Positions 23,737 through 32,374 of a stretch of DNA of 52,618 nt are shown here, piece by piece (position 1 is the first letter of the stretch; each line of letters opens with the position of its first letter). The notes under the pieces were generated by a model that saw only the letters and a program-made list of their open reading frames with translations, was not told the origin of the DNA and ran no database searches. The position numbers and the translations under genes were made by a program. The stretch is from Acidobacteriota bacterium (lineage in GTDB: Bacteria; Acidobacteriota; Terriglobia; Acidiferrales; UBA7541): the NCBI GenBank assembly GCA_043758915.1, contig JAYVMO010000002.1, positions 1 through 52,618 on the forward strand, given 5' to 3'.

Positions 23737-24717
23737 TTAGGCGTTACCGGGATTACCCTCAGGATTCTGCTCCCTGCCGGATTCGACCCAATAGAGCCCG
23801 CCGAGGGCGACCATTCCGCCAAAAGTCTGTCCCCAGGAGCCACGTTCGCCGAGCCATACGATCCCCAGAATTGTCGCCAGGATAGGCAACACATACGAGA
23901 ACGCACTGAGTTGCGTGGCTTCCAGATAGCGCAGCAGCCAGAAGTAGAAGACATACGCCAGCGCCGAACTGAATAGCGCCATATAAAGCAGGGCCTCCCA
24001 GGCTCCCCAGGGTATCGCTCGCCAATTCGCAGTCGCGCCAATTTCCCGCGCCTGATGAATCGCCAGCGGCAGAACCAGCAACGCACCCGCGAAGTGGTTG
24101 AACGCCGTCATCGTCAGCGTGTCGTACTTCTCCGCCACGCGCTTTCCCAGCACGACGTACATCGCGAAACCGAGCGAGCCGGTCATGGTGATGGCATCGC
24201 CCAGGAGCGAAGGCGAGCGCGGCGAAATGCCATTCTCCGACGCCAGCACCACAATTCCGCTGAACGCCATGGCCATGCCGACAGCCTTGCGCCAGGTCAC
24301 CCGTTCCAGCCGGAATAGCGCCGCAAGGATGAGCGTATAGATTGGGCCTATGCCGACGATCACCGCCGCATGACCGACCGACGTGTAGTGCAGGCCGATG
24401 GTGAAGCACATCTGGTTGACAGTAACGCCGAAGAAACCGAGGTAGAGAAACGCCCAGCCATCCCGCCACGAAAAGCCTTGTCGGCGCGCTTCGGCCGCTT
24501 CGGCAAACGCAGGGAGCCGCGAGCAGAGGACGTAAGTGGGAATCATGATCGCGCCGGCAAGGACCACACGAAAAGAAGCCATGGTCAGCGCCGGCAGATA
24601 CCGCAAACCGATCTTCGCGGCAATGAAATTCACCGCCCACACCACGGCAAGCATTCCGATGGATGCCGCAATTACTCCGCGGCTGGGCGCATACCCTTTG
24701 GAGGTTTCGACGCGCAC
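23737..24717 (-). CDS. EamA/DMT-family transporter
   Basis: About ten hydrophobic segments and two EamA repeats (WAVNFIAAK...PIYTLILAALFRLER; LAYVFYFWLL...PILATILGIVWLGE). GTG start chosen just after the menC stop. Confidence 0.9.
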   Translation of the reverse strand: MRVETSKGYAPSRGVIAASIGMLAVVWAVNFIAAKIGLRYLPALTMASFRVVLAGAIMIPTYVLCSRLPAFAEAAEARRQGFSWRDGWAFLYLGFFGVTVNQMCFTIGLHYTSVGHAAVIVGIGPIYTLILAALFRLERVTWRKAVGMAMAFSGIVVLASENGISPRSPSLLGDAITMTGSLGFAMYVVLGKRVAEKYDTLTMTAFNHFAGALLVLPLAIHQAREIGATANWRAIPWGAWEALLYMALFSSALAYVFYFWLLRYLEATQLSAFSYVLPILATILGIVWLGERGSWGQTFGGMVALGGLYWVESGREQNPEGNPGNA

Positions 24718-24721
24718 AAGT

Positions 24722-25828
24722 TCAGGCCAGCCGCTCTTTGCGCACGGTGAGCTTTTCGATGCGCTCGCGCCGCGGCTCGTAACCGATGCCCGGCCCGTTT
24801 GGCACACGGATCGTTCCCTGAGGTGTGACCACTACTTCCGGCTCGATGATGTCTTCTTCCCAGTAGCGCTTGCTCGCCGTGACGTCACCAGGCAGCAGGA
24901 AGTTCGGTAGCGTGGACAGCGCGATGTTGTGCGCCCGCCCGATGCCGGATTCCAGCATCCCGCCGCACCACACCGGAATGCCGTTCGTTTCGCAGAGATC
25001 GTGAATCCGCCGCGCCACCGTGAACCCGCCCACGCGCCCCAGCTTGATGTTGATGATTTTGCACGCACCCAGCGCGATGGCTGCCCGGGCGTGCTCCTCG
25101 GTGTGAATGCACTCGTCCAGGCAGATCGGTGTTTCCAGTTTCTTTTGCAGTTCGACGTGGGCGTAAAGATCGTCCCAACCCAGCGGTTGTTCGATCATCA
25201 TCAGGTAAAAGCCTTCAAGCTGTTTCAGCAGCGGCCAATCCTCCATGCGGTACGCCGAATTCGCGTCCACCATCAGCTTGATGAGCGGGAACTCCTGCCG
25301 CAGCCGCTTCACCGGCTCCCAATCGATACCCGGCTTGATTTTGATCTTGATCCGCTGATACCCCGCGGCGAGTTCATTCTTCACCGCTGCCACCAGCTCA
25401 TCCAGCGAACCCTTGATCCCGATGGAAACGCCGCAGGCAATCTCTTCGCGTTTTCCGCCGATCAACTTCCACAGCGGCATTCCCTTCTGTTTGGCCTCGG
25501 CGTCCCAAATCGCGGCCTCCAAAGCGCCCTTGGCCATATTGTGCCCCCGGACAGGCCCCAGCAGTTCCCACACTTCCGCCGCTGTGGCGAATTCTTTGCC
25601 CCTCACCAATGGCCAGAGATGATCGCGCAGTACGTGCCAAGCGGTCTCGACCGTCTCCGGGCTATAGGATGGAGATTCGCCCGCGACGCATTCGCCCCAT
25701 CCGCTCACCCCCTCCACATCCGCTTCGACCAGCAAGATGCGCCGCGACACCATCCGATCCATGCTGGTTTCGAACGGCGTCACCAGCTTCATGGGAACTT
25801 CCCGCAGGGTCAACTCTCGTACGCGCAT
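24722..25828 (-). CDS. menC: o-succinylbenzoate synthase / N-succinylamino acid racemase (NSAR/OSBS subfamily, enolase superfamily)
   Basis: KIKIKPG, VDANSAY, IEQPL, CLDECI, NIKLGRVGG, WCGGMLESGIGRA, PGD motifs. Confidence 0.9.
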   Translation of the reverse strand: MRVRELTLREVPMKLVTPFETSMDRMVSRRILLVEADVEGVSGWGECVAGESPSYSPETVETAWHVLRDHLWPLVRGKEFATAAEVWELLGPVRGHNMAKGALEAAIWDAEAKQKGMPLWKLIGGKREEIACGVSIGIKGSLDELVAAVKNELAAGYQRIKIKIKPGIDWEPVKRLRQEFPLIKLMVDANSAYRMEDWPLLKQLEGFYLMMIEQPLGWDDLYAHVELQKKLETPICLDECIHTEEHARAAIALGACKIINIKLGRVGGFTVARRIHDLCETNGIPVWCGGMLESGIGRAHNIALSTLPNFLLPGDVTASKRYWEEDIIEPEVVVTPQGTIRVPNGPGIGYEPRRERIEKLTVRKERLA

Positions 25829-25858
25829 CGTTGTTCGTCTTCCCCTCGCCCCGAAATT

Positions 25859-26599
25859 CTAGAAATCACTCCACGGCGCCAGCACGTAGGTGCTTCCCGC
25901 GGCGCTCGTGCGCATGGAAACGGCCGCGTAACCCTTCGCGAACCATTTCAGGAAACCTTCGCGCACATGCGTCTGTACTCTTGCCAACTCCTCCGAGCCT
26001 TCCTTTTTCCAGCGTTCCAATTCCGCCGGCAGTTCCAAGACAGCGGGCTCTTCCCTCGGATCTTTGGCGAGGCCGCCAATCGCGGCGATCACCCTCGGCG
26101 AATCCAGTTGCCATTCGGCAACCAGGCGGTCGGTGGCCAGCCCGCGATGCAGAGGGCTGGTCGTTACTCCATAAAGGTTCGGCAGGTAGCGCCGGCAAAT
26201 CGCTCCCAGACGATTCAAGTTGAAGTGCGCATTGCGGGTCTCCAGCGGATCGAAGGTCCATTCGATTAAACGAATTCCTCGCCCCAAAGCTTCTTCGCGC
26301 TGCAACAGCTTCAGCATGCGGCCAACGCCGCGGTCACGGTACGCCTCGTAAACTGCGGTCATGTGCGAATGCAGGTAGACCTTCTCGTTCCGCACGCCGG
26401 CCACCGCCAGCGTATAACCCACCAGCTTTTCGCCGTCGAACGCTCCCAGCACCTGCCCGCCGGTGTGCGCAGCCACCACGAACATGGTGGCCGGCTCGAC
26501 TTCCAGATCCGCTTCGCCCCAAACATCGCGCTGCAGTGCCACGCAATGGTGGAATTCCTCGAGCGACGTGCACTTTCGAACGCTGATTCCCTCGCTCAT
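25859..26599 (-). CDS. GNAT acyltransferase, likely D-amino acid N-succinyltransferase type
   Basis: HSHMTAV...RDRGVGRMLKLLQR, WTFDPLETRNAHFNL..LG, NLYG, TDRLVAEW. It lies immediately upstream of NSAR/OSBS. Confidence 0.8.
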   Translation of the reverse strand: MSEGISVRKCTSLEEFHHCVALQRDVWGEADLEVEPATMFVVAAHTGGQVLGAFDGEKLVGYTLAVAGVRNEKVYLHSHMTAVYEAYRDRGVGRMLKLLQREEALGRGIRLIEWTFDPLETRNAHFNLNRLGAICRRYLPNLYGVTTSPLHRGLATDRLVAEWQLDSPRVIAAIGGLAKDPREEPAVLELPAELERWKKEGSEELARVQTHVREGFLKWFAKGYAAVSMRTSAAGSTYVLAPWSDF

Positions 26600-27546
26600 C
26601 GCTTTGGCAGCACGTCAACCGCCACCGGCTGCGCGCTGGGCTTTTCTCCTCGCTTGGCGGCTTCCCAGAGTTGTTCCATCTCCTCACGCGAAATCCCCGC
26701 CAGCTTTCGTCCGCCCTGCGCCGCCCGCTGCTCCATCTCCCGGAACCGCCGCGAAAATTTCGCGTTCGCTCTCTTCAGCGCAATCTCCGGATCAACCTGC
26801 AGAAAACGCGACAGATTCACCGCGGCAAAGAGCAAGTCACCCACCTCTTCCTCGATTCTCCGCTGCTCTTTCGTCCGCAGCGCGTGCCGGACTTCCGCCG
26901 TCTCCTCGCGCATCTTTTCCAGGATGCCCTCCGCATCCCTCCAGTCGAATCCAATGCGCGCAGCCTTGCGTGTGAGCTGATAGCCCTCCAGTGTCGCCGG
27001 AAGCCCACGCGATACGCCGTCGAGCAATGACGCAGGTTTGGACTCCACTGCCTCGCCAGCTTCTTGGCCATCTCCATTCTTCGCTTGCCGTTCCTGCGCC
27101 TTGATTCGCTCCCAATTCTTCAGCACTTCCGCGGCATCCTTGGCCCGCTTCGTCCCGAACACATGCGGATGCCGCCGCACCATCTTTTCGTGGATTTCCC
27201 GGATCACCTCCGCGACCGTGAATCTTCCCTCTTCCGTGGCGATTTGCGAATGAAACACCACTTGCAGCAGCAGGTCGCCCAGCTCCTCCGCAAATTTCGC
27301 GTCCTCCCCGCTTTCCAGCGCGTCCAGGACTTCGTAGGCCTCTTCGATCAGGTAAGTGCGCAGCGTCGCATGCGTTTGCTCGCGATCCCACGGACACCCG
27401 TTTGGCGCGCGCAGCCTCCGCTGCAATGACACCAGCTTCTCGAACCACTCGCCCGCGCTCAAGCTCTCGAGCTGCGCTCTTTTTTGGGACACTGCTTTGC
27501 GCTTACTTGTCGTCTTTTTCTTTGGTTTTTTTGCGCCACTGGCCAT
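26596..27546 (-). CDS. mazG: Nucleoside triphosphate pyrophosphohydrolase MazG (tandem domain)
   Basis: GCPWDREQT, EEAYEV, EELGDLLLQVVFH, RRHPHVF, GFDW, EEVGDLLFA. Confidence 0.95.
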   Translation of the reverse strand: MASGAKKPKKKTTSKRKAVSQKRAQLESLSAGEWFEKLVSLQRRLRAPNGCPWDREQTHATLRTYLIEEAYEVLDALESGEDAKFAEELGDLLLQVVFHSQIATEEGRFTVAEVIREIHEKMVRRHPHVFGTKRAKDAAEVLKNWERIKAQERQAKNGDGQEAGEAVESKPASLLDGVSRGLPATLEGYQLTRKAARIGFDWRDAEGILEKMREETAEVRHALRTKEQRRIEEEVGDLLFAAVNLSRFLQVDPEIALKRANAKFSRRFREMEQRAAQGGRKLAGISREEMEQLWEAAKRGEKPSAQPVAVDVLPKR

Positions 27547-27709
27547 GATCGTTTCGAAGCCATCCCGAGTGCAACAAGCGTCCCACTTTACGGTGCGTTC
27601 CCCTCTTTTACAAGCGCCCTGCCGCGCGCTCCGTTCCGGCCGTGCCGCAGCAGCCCAATCCGGCAACCCGTGCTAAACTTGAATGAGTACTAAACATAGA
27701 GGATTGGCC

Positions 27710-28180
27710 TTGTCCGACAAAAAGCAGGAAGAATCGTTCCGCGTCATCGACCGGCGCCCCTTCACCGCCGAGGGCGAGCTCCGCAAAGAAGCTATTGAAG
27801 AGAAAGAGCGCGAAGCCGCGCAACATCCGCCAGCACTCGCGGAAGCCCCCAGTGCGGCAGCTCCTGCACCACCGGCAGAGACGCCAAAGCGCTCGCCTGG
27901 TTTCGAAAATCTTGTCCGTATGCTCGGCAGCAACGCCGCGATGGTTCTCGGCGCCTACGCCGATCCGAACACCGGCCAGCCCATACTCGATCCCGATGCC
28001 GCGCGCGAGCTAATCGACATGCTCGACGCCCTGCACGAGAAGACCAAGGGCAATCTCGCGCCGGAAGAAGACACTCTCCTGCTCGATCTCCTTGGCAAAT
28101 TGAAATTGACGTTTCTCGAGATCAATCAGGCGTTGGCCAAGCAGGCGGCCCAGGCTGCCAAAGCCAAGACTCGGCCGTAG
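27710..28180 (+). CDS. DUF1844-like hypothetical protein
   Basis: FRVIDRR N-terminal motif and ARELIDMLDALHEKTKGNL..EE..LL..L..LK..F. TTG start with GAGGA RBS; alternative ATG at 27683. Confidence 0.75.
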   Translation: MSDKKQEESFRVIDRRPFTAEGELRKEAIEEKEREAAQHPPALAEAPSAAAPAPPAETPKRSPGFENLVRMLGSNAAMVLGAYADPNTGQPILDPDAARELIDMLDALHEKTKGNLAPEEDTLLLDLLGKLKLTFLEINQALAKQAAQAAKAKTRP

Positions 28181-28237
28181 CAGTCTCCGCGCAATGCAGC
28201 ATCCATTGGCGCCGCCTTTGCGCAGAACTTTCCGATC

Positions 28238-30094
28238 ATGTCTTCCGCCCCGCTAAAGCTTACCGTCCTCGGCTCCGGCACTTCCATGGGTGTTCCCACG
28301 CTGGGCTGCCATTGTCGCGTTTGCACTTCGAACGATCCTCACGACAATCGTCTCCGCCCTTCCCTGCTTCTCTCCCGCAACGGCCAAAACGTGGTCATCG
28401 ACACCACCCCCGATTTCCGCCAGCAAGCCCTGCGCGCCAGGCTCGACCGCCTCGACGCCATTCTGCTCACTCATAGCCACGCTGACCACATCCTCGGTTT
28501 CGACGACATCCGGCCCTTCAATATTCGCCAGCGATCCGCGCTCCCCGTTTACAGTACCGACGAAACGTTCCAAGTGATCCGCCGCGCCTTCGCTTATGTT
28601 TTCGACGAGTCTCCTACTCTTAGCACCGTTCCAAGCGTCACCCTGCATCTCGCCAAAGAGCCGTTCGAATTGCTCGGCGTGCCTTTCATCCCCATACCGC
28701 TAGTCCATGGCCCGATGGAGGTTCTCGGATTCCGCTTCGGCCGCGCCGCTTATCTCACCGACTTTAGCTCCGTCCCCGATGCATCGCTCGCGTTGCTCGG
28801 CGGCCTCGACGACCTCATCCTCGACGCCTTGCGCGACATTCCCCATCCCATGCACCAAACCGTGGAACAGGCCCTCGCCCTGATCGCACAGCTTCGCCCG
28901 CGCCGCGCCTGGTTTACGCACATCGCCCACGATTTGCCTCACGCCGAGACCAATGAACGCCTCCGCAAATTGGGCCTCCCTCACGTCCAGCTCGCCTTCG
29001 ATGGTTTGCAATTCGACGTCCACGTGGATGGAACGACGCTACCTGCCCACCCCACGGCGGCGCAAGATTTGGCCACCCGCGGCGACCCCGTCACCATCCA
29101 CAGTTCATCACCACCCGCGCTCGCAATGTTCACTTCAACTGCGGCATGGAATGTGCACTACTCCGCATCCGCTCGCGGCAGTCTTCTCGCCATCGGCAAT
29201 TTTGACGGCATCCACCTGGGCCACCAATCGATCCTGCGCGCCGTGGTCTCGCGTGCGCAGGCCACCAACGCTGTCGCGACCGCTCTGACGTTCGACCCTT
29301 CGCCCCGCAAGGTCTTGCACCCCGAATCCGCTCCACTGCGCCTCTCCACCAACGCCCAGCGCATGCAATGGTTTCATGCGGGGGGCCTCGAAGCCGCCGT
29401 CGTGATGCCGTTTACCCTCGAGTTGGCGCGCCTCGCTCCGGAAGAATTCGTCGAACAATTCCTGGTACGCGATCTGCACGTTCGTGCCGTTCTCGTCGGT
29501 GAAAACTTCCGCTTCGGCCACCATCAGGCCGGCGATGTGCTTCTCCTGCGAGAGCTTGGCGCCCAGCACAATTTCCAAGTGACGATCATTTCACCAATCG
29601 CCTATCGCGGCGAGGTTGTCTCCAGCACCATCATTCGCCGCGCGGTTGCCGCCGGCGACATCACGCATGCCGCGCGCTTGCTGGGACGCCCGTTTGCTCT
29701 CACCGGAGAAGTCGTCACAGGCACGGGCACGGGCCGCCGCTTCACTTTTCCAACGCTGAATCTGGTTGTGGAGCAGGAACTCTTGCCGGCGCGGGGCGTT
29801 TATATCACGCGCACACTCTTCGATGGCCAGACGCGGAGCCACCGTTCGGTCACCAACATCGGCATGCGCCCCACATTCAACGGCTCCGCCCTCAGCGTGG
29901 AAACCCACCTATTGGATTTTCCAAAAGAACCCGCTCCGAAGCGCATCGAGGTCCGCTTCTGGAAACGCCTGCGCGCGGAAAAAAAGTTCAGCGGCCCCGA
30001 AGATTTACGCGCGCAAATCGCCCGCGACATCGCCATCGCAAACTCATTCTTCTCCCGCCTCCGCCACTTCCGCTCTCTCCGCGAGCCCGCCTAG
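28238..30094 (+). CDS. ribF: Fusion: PhnP-like MBL-fold metallohydrolase plus bifunctional riboflavin kinase/FAD synthetase
   Basis: N-part has LGSGTSMGVP, CHCRVC, THSHADH, YLTD, THIAH. C-part has GNFDGIHLGH, VSSTIIR, FPTLN, NIGMRPTF, ETHLLDF. The frame is uninterrupted over 618 aa. Confidence 0.9.
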   Translation: MSSAPLKLTVLGSGTSMGVPTLGCHCRVCTSNDPHDNRLRPSLLLSRNGQNVVIDTTPDFRQQALRARLDRLDAILLTHSHADHILGFDDIRPFNIRQRSALPVYSTDETFQVIRRAFAYVFDESPTLSTVPSVTLHLAKEPFELLGVPFIPIPLVHGPMEVLGFRFGRAAYLTDFSSVPDASLALLGGLDDLILDALRDIPHPMHQTVEQALALIAQLRPRRAWFTHIAHDLPHAETNERLRKLGLPHVQLAFDGLQFDVHVDGTTLPAHPTAAQDLATRGDPVTIHSSSPPALAMFTSTAAWNVHYSASARGSLLAIGNFDGIHLGHQSILRAVVSRAQATNAVATALTFDPSPRKVLHPESAPLRLSTNAQRMQWFHAGGLEAAVVMPFTLELARLAPEEFVEQFLVRDLHVRAVLVGENFRFGHHQAGDVLLLRELGAQHNFQVTIISPIAYRGEVVSSTIIRRAVAAGDITHAARLLGRPFALTGEVVTGTGTGRRFTFPTLNLVVEQELLPARGVYITRTLFDGQTRSHRSVTNIGMRPTFNGSALSVETHLLDFPKEPAPKRIEVRFWKRLRAEKKFSGPEDLRAQIARDIAIANSFFSRLRHFRSLREPA

Positions 30095-30145
30095 CGCATT
30101 TCTCGCGACAGAATCGAGCAGCGTCAGAGGCTGCCTCGCTGCTCC

Positions 30146-30216
30146 TGTCATCCTGAGCGAAGCGAAGGATCTCGACTCATCTACGTTTCGGGAACATTGA
30201 GCGGGTGAGATCCTTC
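30146..30216. repeat. REP-like interspersed palindromic element (TGTCATCCTGAGCGAAGCGAAGGATCTC...GAGATCCTTC), right arm degenerate
   Basis: GAAGGATCTC (30164-30173) pairs with GAGATCCTTC (30207-30216). The element lies between convergent genes. Confidence 0.6.
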
Positions 30217-30262
30217 TCATCAGTGCACCACCTGCGCCTACAACCGTGGCGCGGAATCACCG

Positions 30263-30397
30263 TTAGCGAGTGAGTCCCGGTGTTGCGGCGCTCATCACTC
30301 GATGAAGAATCGGCCACAATACCGCAGCCAATGCGATCGCCCCCAGGAAGAGGTAACGTGATTTGGAAGAACGAGGTGTTTCGAATCGGAGGTCCAT
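30263..30397 (-). CDS. Putative 44-aa single-pass membrane protein
   Basis: Manual translation MDLRFETPRSSKSRYLFLGAIALAAVLWPILHRVMSAATPGLTR*: a basic stretch followed by a hydrophobic helix, 60 nt downstream of the fur-like gene. Confidence 0.45.
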   Translation of the reverse strand: MDLRFETPRSSKSRYLFLGAIALAAVLWPILHRVMSAATPGLTR

Positions 30398-30457
30398 ACC
30401 GATTTAGACACCGCTGCGATAGCGGAGTTCCCATTTTCTTCGGCAGAGATCAACCAG

Positions 30458-30952
30458 CTACTGTTTTATTTTCGGAAGGCATTCCTCGCAATAACCGCCA
30501 ACTTCCGTGCGCGAAACGGTGACCTTCATGCGGAAGTCTCTCGCGATCTGCTCTTTCAATTGCTCGTAAAGTTTGCTTTCGAACTCGCGCACTTTCCCGC
30601 AGCGCAGGCACGCCACGTGGATGTGATCGCGCGGTCCATGGCTTTCGTAGTAGTGCCGGTCGCCGCGCAAGTGCAACAGATCCAGTTCGTCGATCAGCCC
30701 CTGTTTTTTGAGAAGATCGATGGTCCGGTAGACCGTGACCAGGTGCACCGCGGGATCAATCTTCCTCGCCCGCTCCAGGATCTGATCCACGTCCAGGTGC
30801 CGCTCGGCATTGTCCATCACCTGCAGAATCACGCGCCGTTGCCGCGTCAGCCGGATGCCGCGCCCGCCCAGTGCTTGTTGCAGCTTGCCTGTCGTTTCCG
30901 CGGTATTGATGCGCTCACCGGTGGAAACCCGGTGCGTTGGAGATGCAGCCAT
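30458..30952 (-). CDS. Fur-family metalloregulator
   Basis: RLTRQRRVIL, TVYRTIDLL, HIHVACLRCG and C-terminal CEEC. Confidence 0.92.
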   Translation of the reverse strand: MAASPTHRVSTGERINTAETTGKLQQALGGRGIRLTRQRRVILQVMDNAERHLDVDQILERARKIDPAVHLVTVYRTIDLLKKQGLIDELDLLHLRGDRHYYESHGPRDHIHVACLRCGKVREFESKLYEQLKEQIARDFRMKVTVSRTEVGGYCEECLPKIKQ

Positions 30953-30984
30953 TCGTTGTGCCCCGAGGCGCGGCGCCCAGCGCC

Positions 30985-32319
30985 CTAAGAGTGGATCGGC
31001 AGCAGCCGCGCTACATCGTTATACATCACGATCGCAAACAAGACCAAGATGAACACCAGCCCGACCTGCACGAAGCGTTCTTTGAAGCCCATGCTGAAAT
31101 CGCGCCGTCGGATGCCTTCGAGCGTGAGCAGCAAAATGTTTCCGCCATCCAGAATTGGAATCGGCAGGAGATTAAGGATCCCCAGGTTGAGACTGATAAT
31201 GGCCATGAGGTTGATTACCGCGAACGCGCCTTCCTTGACGGCTTGTCCCGCCTGATCGATGATTCCCACAGGTCCTAGCAATAGCTTTACGGACTGCCTG
31301 CCGGTGAAGAGCCTGCCGACCAGCCCCAACAACTGCTTCAAACCAGACCATGTCACCGCCGAGGCATTTTGTGCGGCGGTCTCAAGCGTCATTTTCTTGT
31401 AAGACCAGCGCTCTTCTGGTCCTACCCCAAGCATGAAATTGGCTTTACCATCTTCGCCAACGATCGATTGGGGTTCGAGCTTCAGCGTGACGAGTTCTCC
31501 CTTGCGCTTTACCACCGTCACCAGCGGGTTGCCGTTCGAATTCAAGATCATGTCCTTGAACTCTATCCAGTTTGCAATCGCCGTGCCGTTCACGGAAACG
31601 ATCAAGTCCCCGCTCTTCATTCCTCCCCGCTGGGCACCGAAGCCGCGAATCGGCTGGGTGATGACCGGTTTCACGAAAGCATAGTGTCCGGGAGCGTCCG
31701 CTTGGACAAGTTCCTTGCCGGTGACTTCAACAATTCGCGTTGTTCCCTGATGCTCAACTGCCACGCGATAATGAGTGTCAGGCCGCTCCTCATTGAAATT
31801 CTCGTAAACTTTGTCCCAATTCGGCGTGGCTACCCCGTTGATCTCCGTAATTCTATCTCCGACCGCTACGCCAGCCTCCGCCAGCGGGTCATTCGCTTTC
31901 ATGGTCGTAATGACCGGAGCATCATCCAGGTACGAGGGATACGGCAGGCCCTTGATCCAGAAAAAAGAGCCCAGCAGCAAGATCGGCACGACCAGATTCA
32001 CCGCGGGCCCCGCAAAGGAAATTAACACCCGCTGCCACCGCGGCTTGCTCATCAACTCATCCGGCCCACCTGCCGGCGGCGCTTCGCTGGAATCGATTTC
32101 GGAAAGGTCCTGCCCGGCCATGCGCACGTAGCCACCCAGCGGCAGCGCACTAACGCGATAATCCGTCGCACCGCGTTTCCAGCCAAACAGCCGCGGCCCG
32201 AAACCAATCGAAAAAACGTCCACGCGTACGCCGAACAAACGGGCCATCGCAAAGTGACCCAACTCGTGCACCAGAATCATCAATCCCAACACCAGCACGA
32301 CGCCCAGTATCCAACTCAT
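30985..32319 (-). CDS. rseP: RIP metalloprotease RseP (site-2 protease with two PDZ domains)
   Basis: HELGH, FSIGFG, PLGGYVRM, AGPAVN, NLLPIPILDGG. Confidence 0.96.
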   Translation of the reverse strand: MSWILGVVLVLGLMILVHELGHFAMARLFGVRVDVFSIGFGPRLFGWKRGATDYRVSALPLGGYVRMAGQDLSEIDSSEAPPAGGPDELMSKPRWQRVLISFAGPAVNLVVPILLLGSFFWIKGLPYPSYLDDAPVITTMKANDPLAEAGVAVGDRITEINGVATPNWDKVYENFNEERPDTHYRVAVEHQGTTRIVEVTGKELVQADAPGHYAFVKPVITQPIRGFGAQRGGMKSGDLIVSVNGTAIANWIEFKDMILNSNGNPLVTVVKRKGELVTLKLEPQSIVGEDGKANFMLGVGPEERWSYKKMTLETAAQNASAVTWSGLKQLLGLVGRLFTGRQSVKLLLGPVGIIDQAGQAVKEGAFAVINLMAIISLNLGILNLLPIPILDGGNILLLTLEGIRRRDFSMGFKERFVQVGLVFILVLFAIVMYNDVARLLPIHS

Positions 32320-32374
32320 GAATCGCTTGCTTCCCTTCCCTTGCAGATAATCTCTCGGTCTAGCCTAAATCCTT

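Noticed and set aside
30177-30434. 85-aa minus-strand ORF and 80-aa plus-strand ORF after fur
   Set aside because: No protein-like features and overlap with a repeat or with fur. The 44-aa TM ORF in another frame is more plausible.
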